Counted from the stretch's first letter, positions 26,091-36,436 are shown. The stretch: 64,000 nucleotides of DNA from a candidate division WOR-3 bacterium (GCA_965649265.1 CBFGKC010000006.1:122883-186882); one strand, 5' to 3'. The notes: generated by a model from the letters alone, not told the origin. Program-made: numbers and translations.

Positions 26091-28577
26091 CTAATGCGCT
26101 TCGCCCCAGTTATCGCCCGAACCTATCTCGACCTCCAGGGGCACCGAGAGCTTCCACGCCGATTCCATGTCGCGCTTGACTATCTCCATCGCGCGGTCTA
26201 CCTTTTTTTCAGGAACCTCGAACAGAAGCTCGTCGTGTATCTGCAGGAGCATTCCTGGCTCTATGCCTTCGTCCGTAAGACTCTTTTCGACCTTTATCAT
26301 CGCGGCCTTGATGATGTCGGCTGCGGAGCCTTGCACGGGCGCGTTGATGATCGCGCGCTCGGCGACGTCGGCGCGATTGGGAACCTGCGGCACGCGGCGC
26401 ACACGTCCCGCAATCGTGGAGACGTAGCCTTTCTCCACCGCCTCCTGCACAATGCGCTCCCGCCAGGCCGATACGCCCGGGAACGACGCGAGGTAGTGAT
26501 CGATGAAGTGCGCGGCCTCCTCGGTCGAGACGCCCATGCGGCGGGCGAAGCCGTAGGGACCCATGCCGTAGATGATTCCGTAGTTGATGGCCTTCGACAT
26601 GCGGCGGTGGTCCGCCGTGATCTCCGATTCTTTTACCCCGAACACGCGCATGGCGGTCTCGGTGTGCACGTCGCGGTGGGCGTGGAAGATTTCTGTAAGC
26701 GCATCGTCGGCTGCGATATCGGCAAGCACGCGAAGCTCTATCTGGGAGTAGTCCGCCGACAAAAGCTTGTTGCCTGCAGCGGCCACGAAGCCCTTGCGCA
26801 TCGCCGGCCCGCGCTCGCCCCTTATCGGAATATTTTGCAGGTTAGGGTTGGCGGTCGAAAGCCTGCCGGTCGAAGCGCCGGTCTGGTCGAAGGTGGTGTG
26901 AATCCTCGAATCGGAATCCACGAGCGTGACGAGCGGCCTCAGATACGTTGAAAGCAACTTGGAGAACTCCCGCCACTCGAGAATCTTCGGGATGACCGGG
27001 TGCGCGTCCACCATCTCCTCAAGCACGTCCGCCGAGGTCGAATAGCCCGTCTTCGTGCGCCTGCGCGGCCTGATGCCTAAATCCTTGAAGAGAATTTGCT
27101 GCAGCTGCTTAGGCGAGCCTATGGTGAACTTCGTTCCGGCAAGCTCGTAAATATCGGTCTCGAGTTTTGCGAGTTCGTCCTCCCACTCGTCCGTCAACTT
27201 ACCGAAATACTCAGTATCGAGCCTGACTCCGCGCTCTTCCATCTTCGCAAGAACAGGGATGAGGGGCACCTCCATCTCTTCGTAGACCTTGAGTGCGCTC
27301 ACTTCCTTTAGCTCCATCTCGTAATGCTCGCCCGCATCGTGCATGAGGCTTACGGCGTCGGCCGGCGATGCCAGCGGCCTTCCTGCCGCGTGCACGAGAA
27401 CGCGCTCGAGCGTTCTCAGGGAGAGATCGGAGTTTTCCACGAACGCCATAAGATGCAAATCCCAAAGCTTGCCTTTGATCTCAAACCCCAGCTTGATCAG
27501 CGGTTTGGCGTCCCAGAGAATCTTGGGAAAAGCTTTGTTCGAAAGCAACTCCCGAACTTGTTCCTCCTTGACCTCGGCAATCGTGAATCCGTCGGATGCT
27601 AGAACCCTTTCGTAGCATCCTCCGATGCAGCCTTTCTCGTCGGAAAACATGTCGGCCTGACCCGTTTTCTCCTCGAACAGGAAGGAAAGGGGGTCACCCT
27701 TCTTCGGCGCAAACTCAGCCTTCGAAATCTCGAGCGTTCCCTTCTTCTTGTCCTTCGGTTTCATGTGCGAAAGGCGCGAGGTGAAGCCGAGCTCGTTGTA
27801 GACGGCCTGCAGCGCCCCTTCGTCCTCGCTTCCGCAACGCAGGTCCTCATCCTTGATCTTCAAGGGTACGTCCTTGTGAAGCTGAACGAGTTCGTAAGAG
27901 AGCGTTGCTATCTGTCTGTGTTCTGCCAGCTTCTCGTCCTTTTCGAGCGCGGTCGCGAGGTTACCGTACTTCTCGATAAGAGCGAGCGCACGTTTTGGAC
28001 CGATGCCGGGAACGCCCGGTATGCCGTCCGACGAGTCGCCCATGAGTGCGAGGAGGTCCGTTACCTTTTCGGGCGTCACTCCCATCTTCGTCTTCACTCC
28101 CTTTGAGTCGAACTCCTCGTCCTTGTAGGTGTCGTAAACGACTACATTATCTCCCACCAGTTGCGTCAAATCCTTGTCGCCCGAGACAATCACGATCTTC
28201 GTGAACTTTTCCCTGAAACGCTCCGTTATCGTGGCCATGATATCGTCGGCCTCGTAACCCTCGAGTAAAAAGACGGGCAGGCCCTGCATCTTGGCGATTT
28301 CAGCGATCATGGGAACCTGCCAGATAAGCTCGTCTGGCGTCTCGGGTCTGTCCTTCTTGTAGTCTCGGAACTTTTCGTGCCTGAATACTTCTCTTCCTGC
28401 GTCGAACGTGATGACAATGGAATCCGTCGGGTAGCGTTCCCTTATCTTGTCCATGGCCTGAAGGAACCCGTAAATCGCCGAGGTGTTGCGACCTTTTGTG
28501 TCTCTCAGGGGGTTGCGGATAAGGGCGAAGTACGAGCGGTAGGCTATGGAGTGGCCATCAATCAGGACAAGTATCAC
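26091..28577 (-). CDS. polA: DNA polymerase I
   Basis: LIDG.S..YR.YFA, EADD, GDKD, TGRLS..NPNLQNIP, ADYSQIELR, K..NYG..YG, QGSAAD, HDEL. Start moved to GTG 28577. The 3'-5' exonuclease region looks degenerate. Confidence 0.97.
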   Translation of the reverse strand: MILVLIDGHSIAYRSYFALIRNPLRDTKGRNTSAIYGFLQAMDKIRERYPTDSIVITFDAGREVFRHEKFRDYKKDRPETPDELIWQVPMIAEIAKMQGLPVFLLEGYEADDIMATITERFREKFTKIVIVSGDKDLTQLVGDNVVVYDTYKDEEFDSKGVKTKMGVTPEKVTDLLALMGDSSDGIPGVPGIGPKRALALIEKYGNLATALEKDEKLAEHRQIATLSYELVQLHKDVPLKIKDEDLRCGSEDEGALQAVYNELGFTSRLSHMKPKDKKKGTLEISKAEFAPKKGDPLSFLFEEKTGQADMFSDEKGCIGGCYERVLASDGFTIAEVKEEQVRELLSNKAFPKILWDAKPLIKLGFEIKGKLWDLHLMAFVENSDLSLRTLERVLVHAAGRPLASPADAVSLMHDAGEHYEMELKEVSALKVYEEMEVPLIPVLAKMEERGVRLDTEYFGKLTDEWEDELAKLETDIYELAGTKFTIGSPKQLQQILFKDLGIRPRRRTKTGYSTSADVLEEMVDAHPVIPKILEWREFSKLLSTYLRPLVTLVDSDSRIHTTFDQTGASTGRLSTANPNLQNIPIRGERGPAMRKGFVAAAGNKLLSADYSQIELRVLADIAADDALTEIFHAHRDVHTETAMRVFGVKESEITADHRRMSKAINYGIIYGMGPYGFARRMGVSTEEAAHFIDHYLASFPGVSAWRERIVQEAVEKGYVSTIAGRVRRVPQVPNRADVAERAIINAPVQGSAADIIKAAMIKVEKSLTDEGIEPGMLLQIHDELLFEVPEKKVDRAMEIVKRDMESAWKLSVPLEVEIGSGDNWGEAH

Positions 28578-28683
28578 GCCCCCCTCCCAGCCTTCCTCGC
28601 CCTCCTCGCCCTCCTCAGGCACACCCTTCTCAGCCTCATCTGTCTGATTAAAGGACGTTTCAATCGAGGGAGTCTTGCTCGAT

Positions 28684-29442
28684 TCATGGTGTACTCTGCC
28701 GCTTTTCTTTTGCTTGTTGAAGAGACTTTTTCACCAGCTCAGTTGCTCTGTACAGCGATTCGAAGGTGCCCGCATCCGTCCACCAGCCCGAAAGCTTTGC
28801 CCAGCGCATCTGGCCCCAGGAGATATAGGTGTTGTTCACGTCCGTTATCTCGAGTTCATTTCTTCCTGATGGCGAGAGCCCTTTAACGATCTCGAACACA
28901 CGTTTGTCGTACATGTAGATTCCGGTCACAGCCAGGTTGGATTCCGGTTTCTTCGGCTTCTCCACAATCCTGGCGACGTGTGCACCTTCCACGGTCGCAA
29001 CGCCGAAGCGCTGGGCGTCCTTCACTTCCTTCAGAAGAATCATCGCGCCGGTTCCGGCGGCCTCGAACTTCTTGATGTAGGGGAGGAGGGGGGCGGAAAA
29101 AATGTTGTCTCCGAGAATCACCACAACCGGCTGGCCCTCCGAGAAATCCTCGGCGAGCGATAGCGCTTCCGCGATGCCGCCGTGACCGTCCTGGTAGGTG
29201 TAGTGCAGACCCTTGATGCCGAACTTCCTTCCGTTTCCCAAAAGCCTCAAAAAGTCACCCGCGAATTCGCCGCCCGTGACCAAAAGTATCTCCTCGATTC
29301 CGGCCTCGACTAATTTCTCAATAGGATAAAGCACCATCGGTTTGTCGTAGACAGGCAAAAGGTGTTTGTTGGTCACCTCAGTCAGCGGCGCGAGCCTGGT
29401 GCCCATGCCGCCCGCAAGTATCACGCCTTTCTTCAATTTCAT
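28684..29442 (-). CDS. Glucose-1-phosphate thymidylyltransferase-like sugar nucleotidyltransferase (short form)
   Basis: LAGG.GTRL.PLT...NKHLLPVYDKPM, LGDN, EKP, ELEITD, WTDAGT. Confidence 0.92.
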   Translation of the reverse strand: MKLKKGVILAGGMGTRLAPLTEVTNKHLLPVYDKPMVLYPIEKLVEAGIEEILLVTGGEFAGDFLRLLGNGRKFGIKGLHYTYQDGHGGIAEALSLAEDFSEGQPVVVILGDNIFSAPLLPYIKKFEAAGTGAMILLKEVKDAQRFGVATVEGAHVARIVEKPKKPESNLAVTGIYMYDKRVFEIVKGLSPSGRNELEITDVNNTYISWGQMRWAKLSGWWTDAGTFESLYRATELVKKSLQQAKEKRQSTP

Positions 29443-29501
29443 TCGCTATCTTACAGCAGGAGAGGGGAGGAGTCAAGGGAGTAAATGATTACACGCAAAG
29501 T

Positions 29502-29530
29502 TTGACACTATAAGACGGTTTTCTTATAAT
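29502..29530 (+). promoter_or_regulatory. Consensus sigma70 promoter TTGACA-17-TATAAT
   Basis: Perfect hexamers upstream of the SD and ATG 29564. Confidence 0.75.
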
Positions 29531-29563
29531 GCAAACAGAGGATACAAGCCAAAGGAGGAAAAG

Positions 29564-30775
29564 ATGAAGCGTTGCTTTCTCGCAGTTGTGTTCGCAGTGC
29601 TTTTGTTCGTTTATTGCTCTCTGCCGAAGTATCACGGCGAGCCTCTCTGGACTTTTGAGGCCAAAGGGAGGATATGTTCCTCGGCTCTCGGCCAGGATGG
29701 AACTATTTATTTTACCATGAATTACAAAGATACCGCAAGTCTTTATGCGCTGAACCCCGACGGCGACATTAAATGGAAGTACACGTCAATTAGCACAAAG
29801 GATACTTTGAGGAGCTTTGATTTCCTGTCGATAAGAAGCGACGGGACAATCTATGTCGGCGGCGAGAGTGTTCTTTTCGCGCTGAATCCGGACGGAAGTC
29901 TCTTATGGAGTTATGAAGATGTTTGTCAGGTCGGCGGAATGCTAATCGGGACTGAAGGGGCGTTGTACATTCTCGACAGCGGTATTCTCATCGCATTAAA
30001 CGAGAGTGGAGAAAAGCTATGGGAATCTGATTTGGACATTATTCTTCTGGGATGCATTTCAGCCGATGGATCGGTATATGTTTATGAGAGCAGCCTTAGT
30101 TCTCCGATTGAAAATGCTGTTTCCTTGTATCCAGACGGCACTTTAAAGTGGCGGCGTGATTGCACAATTGGATTTCCTTGTCCCTATCCTAGTCCAGCTG
30201 TTGGCGAGGACGGAACAATCTACGATGCACAGATGTATCTCATGGCCATTTCGGACAATGGGGATTGCTTATGGAATTACAAGGATTGTTTTAATCCGTC
30301 AATAGGCTCAGATGAAAGCATATATGCCGTTGGGTATTACAACAATGCCAAAAAGAACAAAGTTATAGCGTTTGACGATTCGGGTAAAGTGGCATGGGAA
30401 TACAAGATTCCGGGGGAAAAAAGAACAGTGGGTTATATTTCGCCTGTGGTTGGTGCAGACGGGACGATCTATGTGGGTGAATGTTTTTACTTCTTTTGGG
30501 GTTGGACTCCTGAAGAAGACTACTATCTTTACGCGCTGGATAATACCGGCAGGCTTTTGTGGACATATAGTATTGACGGGTTTCTCTCGAATCCTCCTCT
30601 GCTTGCCCAGGACGGGACGCTCTACTTATGCACGAATTCTTCACTCGAAAGCGACGGTGCTAATTCAAAAGTAAAAATAACCGCCCTTCAAACCGAGTCA
30701 ATGGGTCTTGCCTCCTCCTCCTGGCCGCGGGCCGGGCACGACAACCAGAACACGGGCCGCGCGAGTGGGCATTAG
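29564..30775 (+). CDS. PQQ-like beta-propeller lipoprotein, paralog 1
   Basis: Signal with Cys; DGTIY...LYALNPDG..KW repeats; C-terminal SSWPR.GHDN.NTG. Confidence 0.85.
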   Translation: MKRCFLAVVFAVLLFVYCSLPKYHGEPLWTFEAKGRICSSALGQDGTIYFTMNYKDTASLYALNPDGDIKWKYTSISTKDTLRSFDFLSIRSDGTIYVGGESVLFALNPDGSLLWSYEDVCQVGGMLIGTEGALYILDSGILIALNESGEKLWESDLDIILLGCISADGSVYVYESSLSSPIENAVSLYPDGTLKWRRDCTIGFPCPYPSPAVGEDGTIYDAQMYLMAISDNGDCLWNYKDCFNPSIGSDESIYAVGYYNNAKKNKVIAFDDSGKVAWEYKIPGEKRTVGYISPVVGADGTIYVGECFYFFWGWTPEEDYYLYALDNTGRLLWTYSIDGFLSNPPLLAQDGTLYLCTNSSLESDGANSKVKITALQTESMGLASSSWPRAGHDNQNTGRASGH

Positions 30776-30858
30776 GAAAGTACTTGACAGTGTAGAATTT
30801 CCTTTTATTATTTATATGTGGTCAAACCCTGCGAGGCGGGAAAATCTAGGAGGATAAC

Positions 30859-32052
30859 ATGAAGCGTGTGTACGTTATCTCCATAGCCGCGGCAGTCGTC
30901 CTTACAACCTGTTCCTTTCCTGAATACAAAGGTGAAGCACTCTGGACTTACGAGGTCTCAGGACACCTGGGTTCCACAGCGCTGGGCAACGACGGTACAA
31001 TCTATTTTACCGTCGACTACGTCTCCGATACTTTTAATGTTGACAGCGCCAGCCTTGTTGCCTTGAATCCTGACGGCTCACTGAAGTGGAGTCGTACCGA
31101 GAAATACGATGCCGGAACCTACAACGGAATGGGGGCCTTATCCATCGGTTCGGACGGCACCCTTTACATCGCAGGCAAGTTACTTTATGCGTTATCTCCC
31201 GAGGACAGCGTTCTATGGATGTATGAGCCGGAACAATACATATACCAGATTCTTGTCGGTGCGGATGGCACCCTTTATATCCTTGTCAATCGCACCCTCT
31301 GTGCTGTAACCGGCGAGGGGCAGCTTTTGTGGAAATCTCCCTTGAACCTGTGGAGACTCTACGGCGTGACTTCCGACGGAACCGTCTACGCCGCGGAAAT
31401 AGATAATACTTTCTCCAATATTGCGGTGAACGCGGACGGGTCTCTCAAGTGGCGCTACGACCGGGGAACGTCGAGCAACTGTCAGTATGCGGCAATCGGC
31501 GAAGACGGCTCAACCTACTGCAGCGGTTTTGCGCTTAAGCCTGACGGAAGCCTGAAGTGGAAGTACGCCGGAATGTACGAGCCTTCTTTAGGAACGGATG
31601 ACAACGTCTGCTCAGGCTCCTACATAGAAGAAAATAAGAGAGGGATCATTACCCTTGATACGAGCGGAAATCTTCTCTGGGAATACGAGATTCCGGGAAA
31701 GAGCTATGTTTCGGGGTTGAACCCGCCTGCTATCGGCGCCGACGGAACAATCTACATCGGTGAGTATTACATATCTATGGGCATAGGAAGCGACCCCGGC
31801 GTGGTCCCTCACGATTATTACCTCTACGCGGTTGACAAGACCGGAAAATCGCTGTGGAAGTATAATACCGACGGCCAGGCTGCAGGCTCTCCGCTTATCG
31901 CACCCGACGGGACGCTTTACCTCTGGTCCGAAACGTATTTGTCTGAGCTCGGCTACAAACTTCACGCGATAAAGACGGAGTCCATGGGGCTTGCCGCCTC
32001 TTCATGGCCCCGCCCTGGTCACGACAACCGGAATACGGGCTGCGTGCAATAA
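30859..32052 (+). CDS. PQQ-like beta-propeller lipoprotein, paralog 2
   Basis: LTTC lipobox-like; same repeats and C-terminal motif as paralog 1. Confidence 0.85.
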   Translation: MKRVYVISIAAAVVLTTCSFPEYKGEALWTYEVSGHLGSTALGNDGTIYFTVDYVSDTFNVDSASLVALNPDGSLKWSRTEKYDAGTYNGMGALSIGSDGTLYIAGKLLYALSPEDSVLWMYEPEQYIYQILVGADGTLYILVNRTLCAVTGEGQLLWKSPLNLWRLYGVTSDGTVYAAEIDNTFSNIAVNADGSLKWRYDRGTSSNCQYAAIGEDGSTYCSGFALKPDGSLKWKYAGMYEPSLGTDDNVCSGSYIEENKRGIITLDTSGNLLWEYEIPGKSYVSGLNPPAIGADGTIYIGEYYISMGIGSDPGVVPHDYYLYAVDKTGKSLWKYNTDGQAAGSPLIAPDGTLYLWSETYLSELGYKLHAIKTESMGLAASSWPRPGHDNRNTGCVQ

Positions 32053-32110
32053 TCTTTTCCGGTCCACTTGGAGGTTTAATACGGTCGCGCGGCAGTACCC
32101 GGTATTTTAG

Positions 32111-32139
32111 TTGACAGATCGCGAAGCGCACCTTATAAT
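32111..32139 (+). promoter_or_regulatory. Consensus promoter TTGACA-17-TATAAT, leaderless start
   Basis: The -10 ends 5 nt before ATG 32145. Confidence 0.75.
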
Positions 32140-32144
32140 GAAGG

Positions 32145-33278
32145 ATGAAGCGTTTGCTTATCCTTCTGGTCGCGGCGGCGTTGCTTGCAGGTTGCGCGTC
32201 CCAGTCGGTAAAAAAAGGTAAAACCGGGCTCGAACTGCTCTATATCGCGGACGTACCGGCCGACGATGCCGGGTGTTCGGCGCTCTACTCTACAATCAAG
32301 GGGTTCGAAAATCCCCTCGTCGTAGTTGATGATCCAACGTTCTCCACTATCTCCGATCTTGCCTGGTGGGAGGGGCAAAGGGAGCTTTTTCTCCTCGACT
32401 CTCTGGGTGTGGGACTTTTTTTCCTTCCTTCCTCCTGGATGCTTCTCGGTGCGGACAAGCTCAAGGAACTCTCGAACGAGGCCGATTTCTTCATGCCAGC
32501 GATGAATCTTGCCGACAACTCGCTGCGCTACATTTTGCCTCGCTACATGATACGCAGGCAGGGTTCGTATCGTCTGGCCTTCTCTGCGGCGGTCAGACCG
32601 GAGAAACAAGCGTTTCTCATTAAAGGAGAGAATCTTCTTAATGTGGATTCGCTTCTGCCCGTGACCGCTACTTACCTGGCCATGCAGTCCGATTTCTTCT
32701 TCTTTTTCAATGATGATTCGACCGGAAAGGTTTCATCGGGGATCAACTCCATTCCGCGTGGTGCCGGTTCTCGTCAGCTTTCCTTAAGCTTCCGCAGCAC
32801 GACGGAATTCAAGCTTAACCAGAAGCCCTTGAGACTTGCGGCCGCGTCTGCGACCAATCCATGCGCGCTGTGGCAGCAGAAGGCTGATTCCATCGACTTG
32901 GAGCTTCTGGGCGCGAGTTCTGAAGGCGTTTCCACGGACTCGCTGCGGCAGCTGGCAGCGAAGGCTCTTGGCTCAAGCGAGAGCGTAATGGTTTATCTCG
33001 GCGATGGGTTCATAAAAGATTCGCTGCCCGCCGGTCAAATAACATTCGGCAAGATGCGCAGAGTTCTCGCCCCCGAGATTTTCGTCGCAGTTCCAAGACA
33101 GGATTTCGTCAACGCTTTCCCGCGAGAGGGGGAGGGGGTATCTCAAAAAATAAAGGAAGTGATTTTACCTTCATCTCTTTTCATCGCCGATGAGGCTTTA
33201 GGAAGCACTCACGCGAAGCCGACAGGATTGACTTCGGCTTCGCTGGTTCGTAAGATGTTTTCAAAGGAGGAGAAGTGA
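32145..33278 (+). CDS. Lipoprotein, possibly a degenerate 5'-nucleotidase/metallophosphoesterase fold
   Basis: LAGC lipobox; weak resemblance (LVVD, F.PAMNL, PRYMI, G.I.D.LPAGQIT) without metal ligands. Confidence 0.55.
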   Translation: MKRLLILLVAAALLAGCASQSVKKGKTGLELLYIADVPADDAGCSALYSTIKGFENPLVVVDDPTFSTISDLAWWEGQRELFLLDSLGVGLFFLPSSWMLLGADKLKELSNEADFFMPAMNLADNSLRYILPRYMIRRQGSYRLAFSAAVRPEKQAFLIKGENLLNVDSLLPVTATYLAMQSDFFFFFNDDSTGKVSSGINSIPRGAGSRQLSLSFRSTTEFKLNQKPLRLAAASATNPCALWQQKADSIDLELLGASSEGVSTDSLRQLAAKALGSSESVMVYLGDGFIKDSLPAGQITFGKMRRVLAPEIFVAVPRQDFVNAFPREGEGVSQKIKEVILPSSLFIADEALGSTHAKPTGLTSASLVRKMFSKEEK

Positions 33279-33958
33279 CAGCTCAAGAAGCAACCATCAA
33301 AAAGGAACAAAAAACACGTGGTATTCGCTGGGGCAGGCTTATCTGGACGCTGTTCGTCGTCCTCTACCTCATAAACTTCGCAAAGAACCTCTTCGGCGAC
33401 GTCGCTCAGAATGAAGCCGCAATACCCATAATCTACTTCATCGTATGGCTTTGCTGGCTCGGAGTGGAGTTTTACCTTGGGGCGCTCTTTTTCCAGTCGA
33501 GCCTTGTGATGAACTTTAATCCATGGCTCAAGGCCGGTTTTGCCCTTTTCTTTTACGCCATGCAGGGGCTTGCTCCATGGGACGCATTCGCAAGCACACA
33601 TATCCGCTTCGCATACCCCGTGTTCAACATCCTCGGGCTTCTCCTGTTCGGTCTCGGGATTTTTATACGCATCTGGTCGCTTATAGTCTTTAAACGCGCT
33701 AAAAACCCGAGGGACGTTCTGAAAACGAGGCCGTGGCTGATGTCGAGGCACCCGCGTTACATCGGCATGCTTCTCGTGATGTTTGCAATACCTCTCGTGT
33801 TCTTTTCGCCGTGGGCCATGCTTGCGACCGTCGTAATCGGGCTGCCCTTGTGGTATCTTGAAACGAGATTCGAGGAGAAAAAACTTGCGGAAGAATGGGG
33901 CGAAACTTACAGGGATTATTGCGCACGCACTCCCCTGGCTCCTCGTCTTAAGCCTTAG
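33275..33958 (+). CDS. Isoprenylcysteine carboxyl methyltransferase (ICMT/PEMT) family membrane protein
   Basis: P...SRHP.Y.G, EE..L...WG..Y.DY...TP. Confidence 0.85.
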   Translation: MTAQEATIKKEQKTRGIRWGRLIWTLFVVLYLINFAKNLFGDVAQNEAAIPIIYFIVWLCWLGVEFYLGALFFQSSLVMNFNPWLKAGFALFFYAMQGLAPWDAFASTHIRFAYPVFNILGLLLFGLGIFIRIWSLIVFKRAKNPRDVLKTRPWLMSRHPRYIGMLLVMFAIPLVFFSPWAMLATVVIGLPLWYLETRFEEKKLAEEWGETYRDYCARTPLAPRLKP

Positions 33959-34742
33959 TTCCTGTTCGCCGGCCGGGCATAAAGAAAAGGTCGTGGGCAC
34001 ACCTCGGAAAGTGGTGTCGCTCGTTCCCAGCATCACCGAGATAGTATACGCGCTTGGGGAGGATTCTAAACTTGTCGGCGTGACTACGTTCTGTGATTAT
34101 CCGCCGCAGGTCAAGGAGAAATCTGTAGTCGGCGATTTTCTTCATCCCGATCCCGAGAAACTCAAGTCGCTGAAACCGGATATCGTTCTTCTGACAACCC
34201 CGACACAGGCTCAGCTGGCATCCGACCTGCGCGCCTCTGGATACAGGGTGGCCGTATTCGAGGACCCGGCGACGCTCGAGGGCGTATTCGCGCAAATCCA
34301 GGCACTCGCCGACACGCTCGGAGTCGGTTCCAAAGGCCGCAAACTCGCCGACAGCCTTCGTGCGAGCGTTACCGCCATCGGCGCAAGGGAAAGCCTTTCC
34401 TGCTACGTTGAAATCTCGGACGCTCCGCTGGTTGCGGCAGGCGCGTCCTACCTATCGGACGCGCTCGCGCACATAGGGCTTTTTAATATCTTTTCCGACC
34501 GCAGAGGATATCCTGCAATAGACCCGGAGGAAGTCGCCAAACGCCAGCCGCAGGTGGTTCTGCTGCTTTATCCCAATGCGTCCGGGGCAAAGGTCTCCTC
34601 GCGCATCGGCTGGGCAAAAGTTCCTGCCGTCCAGAACCGTATGGTTTTTTCGAATCTTCCTCTTGACGAACTCATGCGTCCCGGGCCGAGGCTCATCCAC
34701 GCTCTCATCGAAACCGATTCCGTAATACGTGATGCGCGCTAG
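33885..34742 (+). CDS. Cobalamin/iron-siderophore ABC transporter substrate-binding lipoprotein (BtuF-like)
   Basis: VVSLVPSITEI.YALG...VGVT.FCDYP, PGPR; lipobox LSSC. TTG 33885 follows GAGGAG. Confidence 0.88.
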   Translation: MRKNGAKLTGIIAHALPWLLVLSLSSCSPAGHKEKVVGTPRKVVSLVPSITEIVYALGEDSKLVGVTTFCDYPPQVKEKSVVGDFLHPDPEKLKSLKPDIVLLTTPTQAQLASDLRASGYRVAVFEDPATLEGVFAQIQALADTLGVGSKGRKLADSLRASVTAIGARESLSCYVEISDAPLVAAGASYLSDALAHIGLFNIFSDRRGYPAIDPEEVAKRQPQVVLLLYPNASGAKVSSRIGWAKVPAVQNRMVFSNLPLDELMRPGPRLIHALIETDSVIRDAR

Positions 34743-35676
34743 ACTGGGTTGGGCCCTCCTCCTCATCCTGCTTCTCATACTCGTTTCTCTCTCCCTCCTT
34801 ATCGGTCCGGCGGGGCTTTCCTTCGGCCTGATTCTGTCTCGCCTGCCGAGAACCTTTCTCACACTCTTTGCAGGCGGCATCCTCGCTCTCGTCGGCGCGG
34901 CGCTTCAGGGGCTTTTGGAGAATCCGCTCGTCGATCCCTACATCATAGGCTCCTCATCAGGCGCAGGTGTCGGTGTTGCCCTTGCCTTGCTCACCGGCTG
35001 GACATCGGTGTACGGCAGACCCTTGTTCGCATTCGCAGGCGCAATGGGTGCGCTTCTTCTCGTATACTTCTTTGCCCGCATGAAGGGCCGTATCTCACGT
35101 CTCTCCCTTATCCTATCCGGGGTCGCGGTCGGCTTCGTGGGTTCGAGTCTCGTAATGATTCTTATGGTGCTTTCCCGCTCCGAACTCTCCCAGATCATCT
35201 ACCTCCTTATGGGTTCCACCAACATCATCTTCACCCCTCAGGAGTTCTGGACCTTTGTTATCTCCGCATTTCTCTCCATAGTCCTTTGCACCTGGCTTAT
35301 CACGCGCTGGCGCTCACTCGACATACTTTCCGCAAACATCGAGTCCGCCGAATCGCTCGGGGTCAACACCCAGCGACTGACGACCGAGGTTTTCATCATT
35401 TCAGCCGTGCTCGTGGGCGTTGTGGTCGCGTTTGCGGGCGCCGTCAGCTTCGTGGGTCTGATAGTTCCCCACATCGCCAGATTCATATTCGGTCCAAGGC
35501 ATTTGCGCGTGCTGCCTGCAAGCTTTCTTGCCGGCGCGTCCTTGTTACTTCTTTCAGACATCATCCTCAGGCTTTTTGCCATGCTCACGAACGTCTACCT
35601 GCCTTTGTCCGTCATCACCACTCTCGCAGGCGTGCCGTTCTTTCTTTTCATCATGAGAAGGAAGTCGAATGTTTGA
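34729..35676 (+). CDS. ABC transporter permease, BtuC/FecCD family
   Basis: RLPR, LQGL.ENPL.DP.I.G.SSGA, A.SLGV, FVGLIVPH.AR. Confidence 0.93.
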   Translation: MMRARLGWALLLILLLILVSLSLLIGPAGLSFGLILSRLPRTFLTLFAGGILALVGAALQGLLENPLVDPYIIGSSSGAGVGVALALLTGWTSVYGRPLFAFAGAMGALLLVYFFARMKGRISRLSLILSGVAVGFVGSSLVMILMVLSRSELSQIIYLLMGSTNIIFTPQEFWTFVISAFLSIVLCTWLITRWRSLDILSANIESAESLGVNTQRLTTEVFIISAVLVGVVVAFAGAVSFVGLIVPHIARFIFGPRHLRVLPASFLAGASLLLLSDIILRLFAMLTNVYLPLSVITTLAGVPFFLFIMRRKSNV

Positions 35677-36436
35677 GGTTCGTTCTCTTTCCTTTTCCTA
35701 TCCCAGACGCCCGCTGTTCGAGAACCTTTCCGTCGGCATCGAAAAAAACGAGTTCGTCTCGGTCGTCGGTCCTAATGGGGCGGGCAAGAGCACGTTCGTC
35801 AAGCTTCTGGCTAGGCTTCTTTATCCCTCATCCGGCAAGATACTGTTCGAGAAGCGATCCCTCGCCTCTTATCCCCGCCGCGAACTCGCAAGGCGAGTGG
35901 CGTACGTTCCGCAGGAGAGCCATTTTTCCCTCGACTTCACCGTTCTCGAGACCGTGCTTCAGGGACGCCATCCCTATCTGGGCGCGCTCGAATTGTATCG
36001 CTCTTCCGACTACGCGCTCGCGCGCTCGTCGCTCGAAAGGCTCGGGATACTCCATCTCGCCGGGAAGAACATCAACAATATCTCCTCTGGTGAGCGCCAG
36101 CTTGCCGTCATATGCCGCTCGCTCGTGCAGGAGCCGTCGATCATCCTTCTTGACGAGCCCCTCAATCACCTCGACCTGCACCACCAGCTAGAAGTCCTTG
36201 TCCTTCTCAGGTCCCTTAACCGGGAGGGGATAGGTATCGTTCTCGTCGCCCATGACCTCAATCACGCAGCGCTCTGCTCGAACCGCATGCTCATCTTCGC
36301 CCAGGGCCGTCTTGCGGAGGATAATTCTCCAGACGTTCTTCTCAATCCGGATATCATCGAACGCTACTGGGGCATCAGACCTCTCGAAGGCCGCCACCCT
36401 GAAACCGGCAAGCGCCAGATATTCCTGCCACTGTAG
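35669..36436 (+). CDS. ABC transporter ATP-binding protein (BtuD/FecE-like)
   Basis: GPNGAGKST, SSGERQ, LLDEP.NHLD, HDLN. Confidence 0.93.
   Translation: MFEVRSLSFSYPRRPLFENLSVGIEKNEFVSVVGPNGAGKSTFVKLLARLLYPSSGKILFEKRSLASYPRRELARRVAYVPQESHFSLDFTVLETVLQGRHPYLGALELYRSSDYALARSSLERLGILHLAGKNINNISSGERQLAVICRSLVQEPSIILLDEPLNHLDLHHQLEVLVLLRSLNREGIGIVLVAHDLNHAALCSNRMLIFAQGRLAEDNSPDVLLNPDIIERYWGIRPLEGRHPETGKRQIFLPL

Noticed and set aside
28578-28640. Acidic N-terminal extension MPEEGEEGEEGWEGG on PolA
   Set aside because: It derives from a CCTCCTC(G/A) stutter. GTG 28577 matches the normal PolA start and has a G-rich SD.
34749-36191. 480-aa alternative-frame ORF and other long shadow ORFs (7007-7783, 26094-26951, 33209-34036, 54677-55522)
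   Set aside because: They overlap well-supported genes and have Arg/Ser/Pro-rich or antisense-like composition with no motifs.
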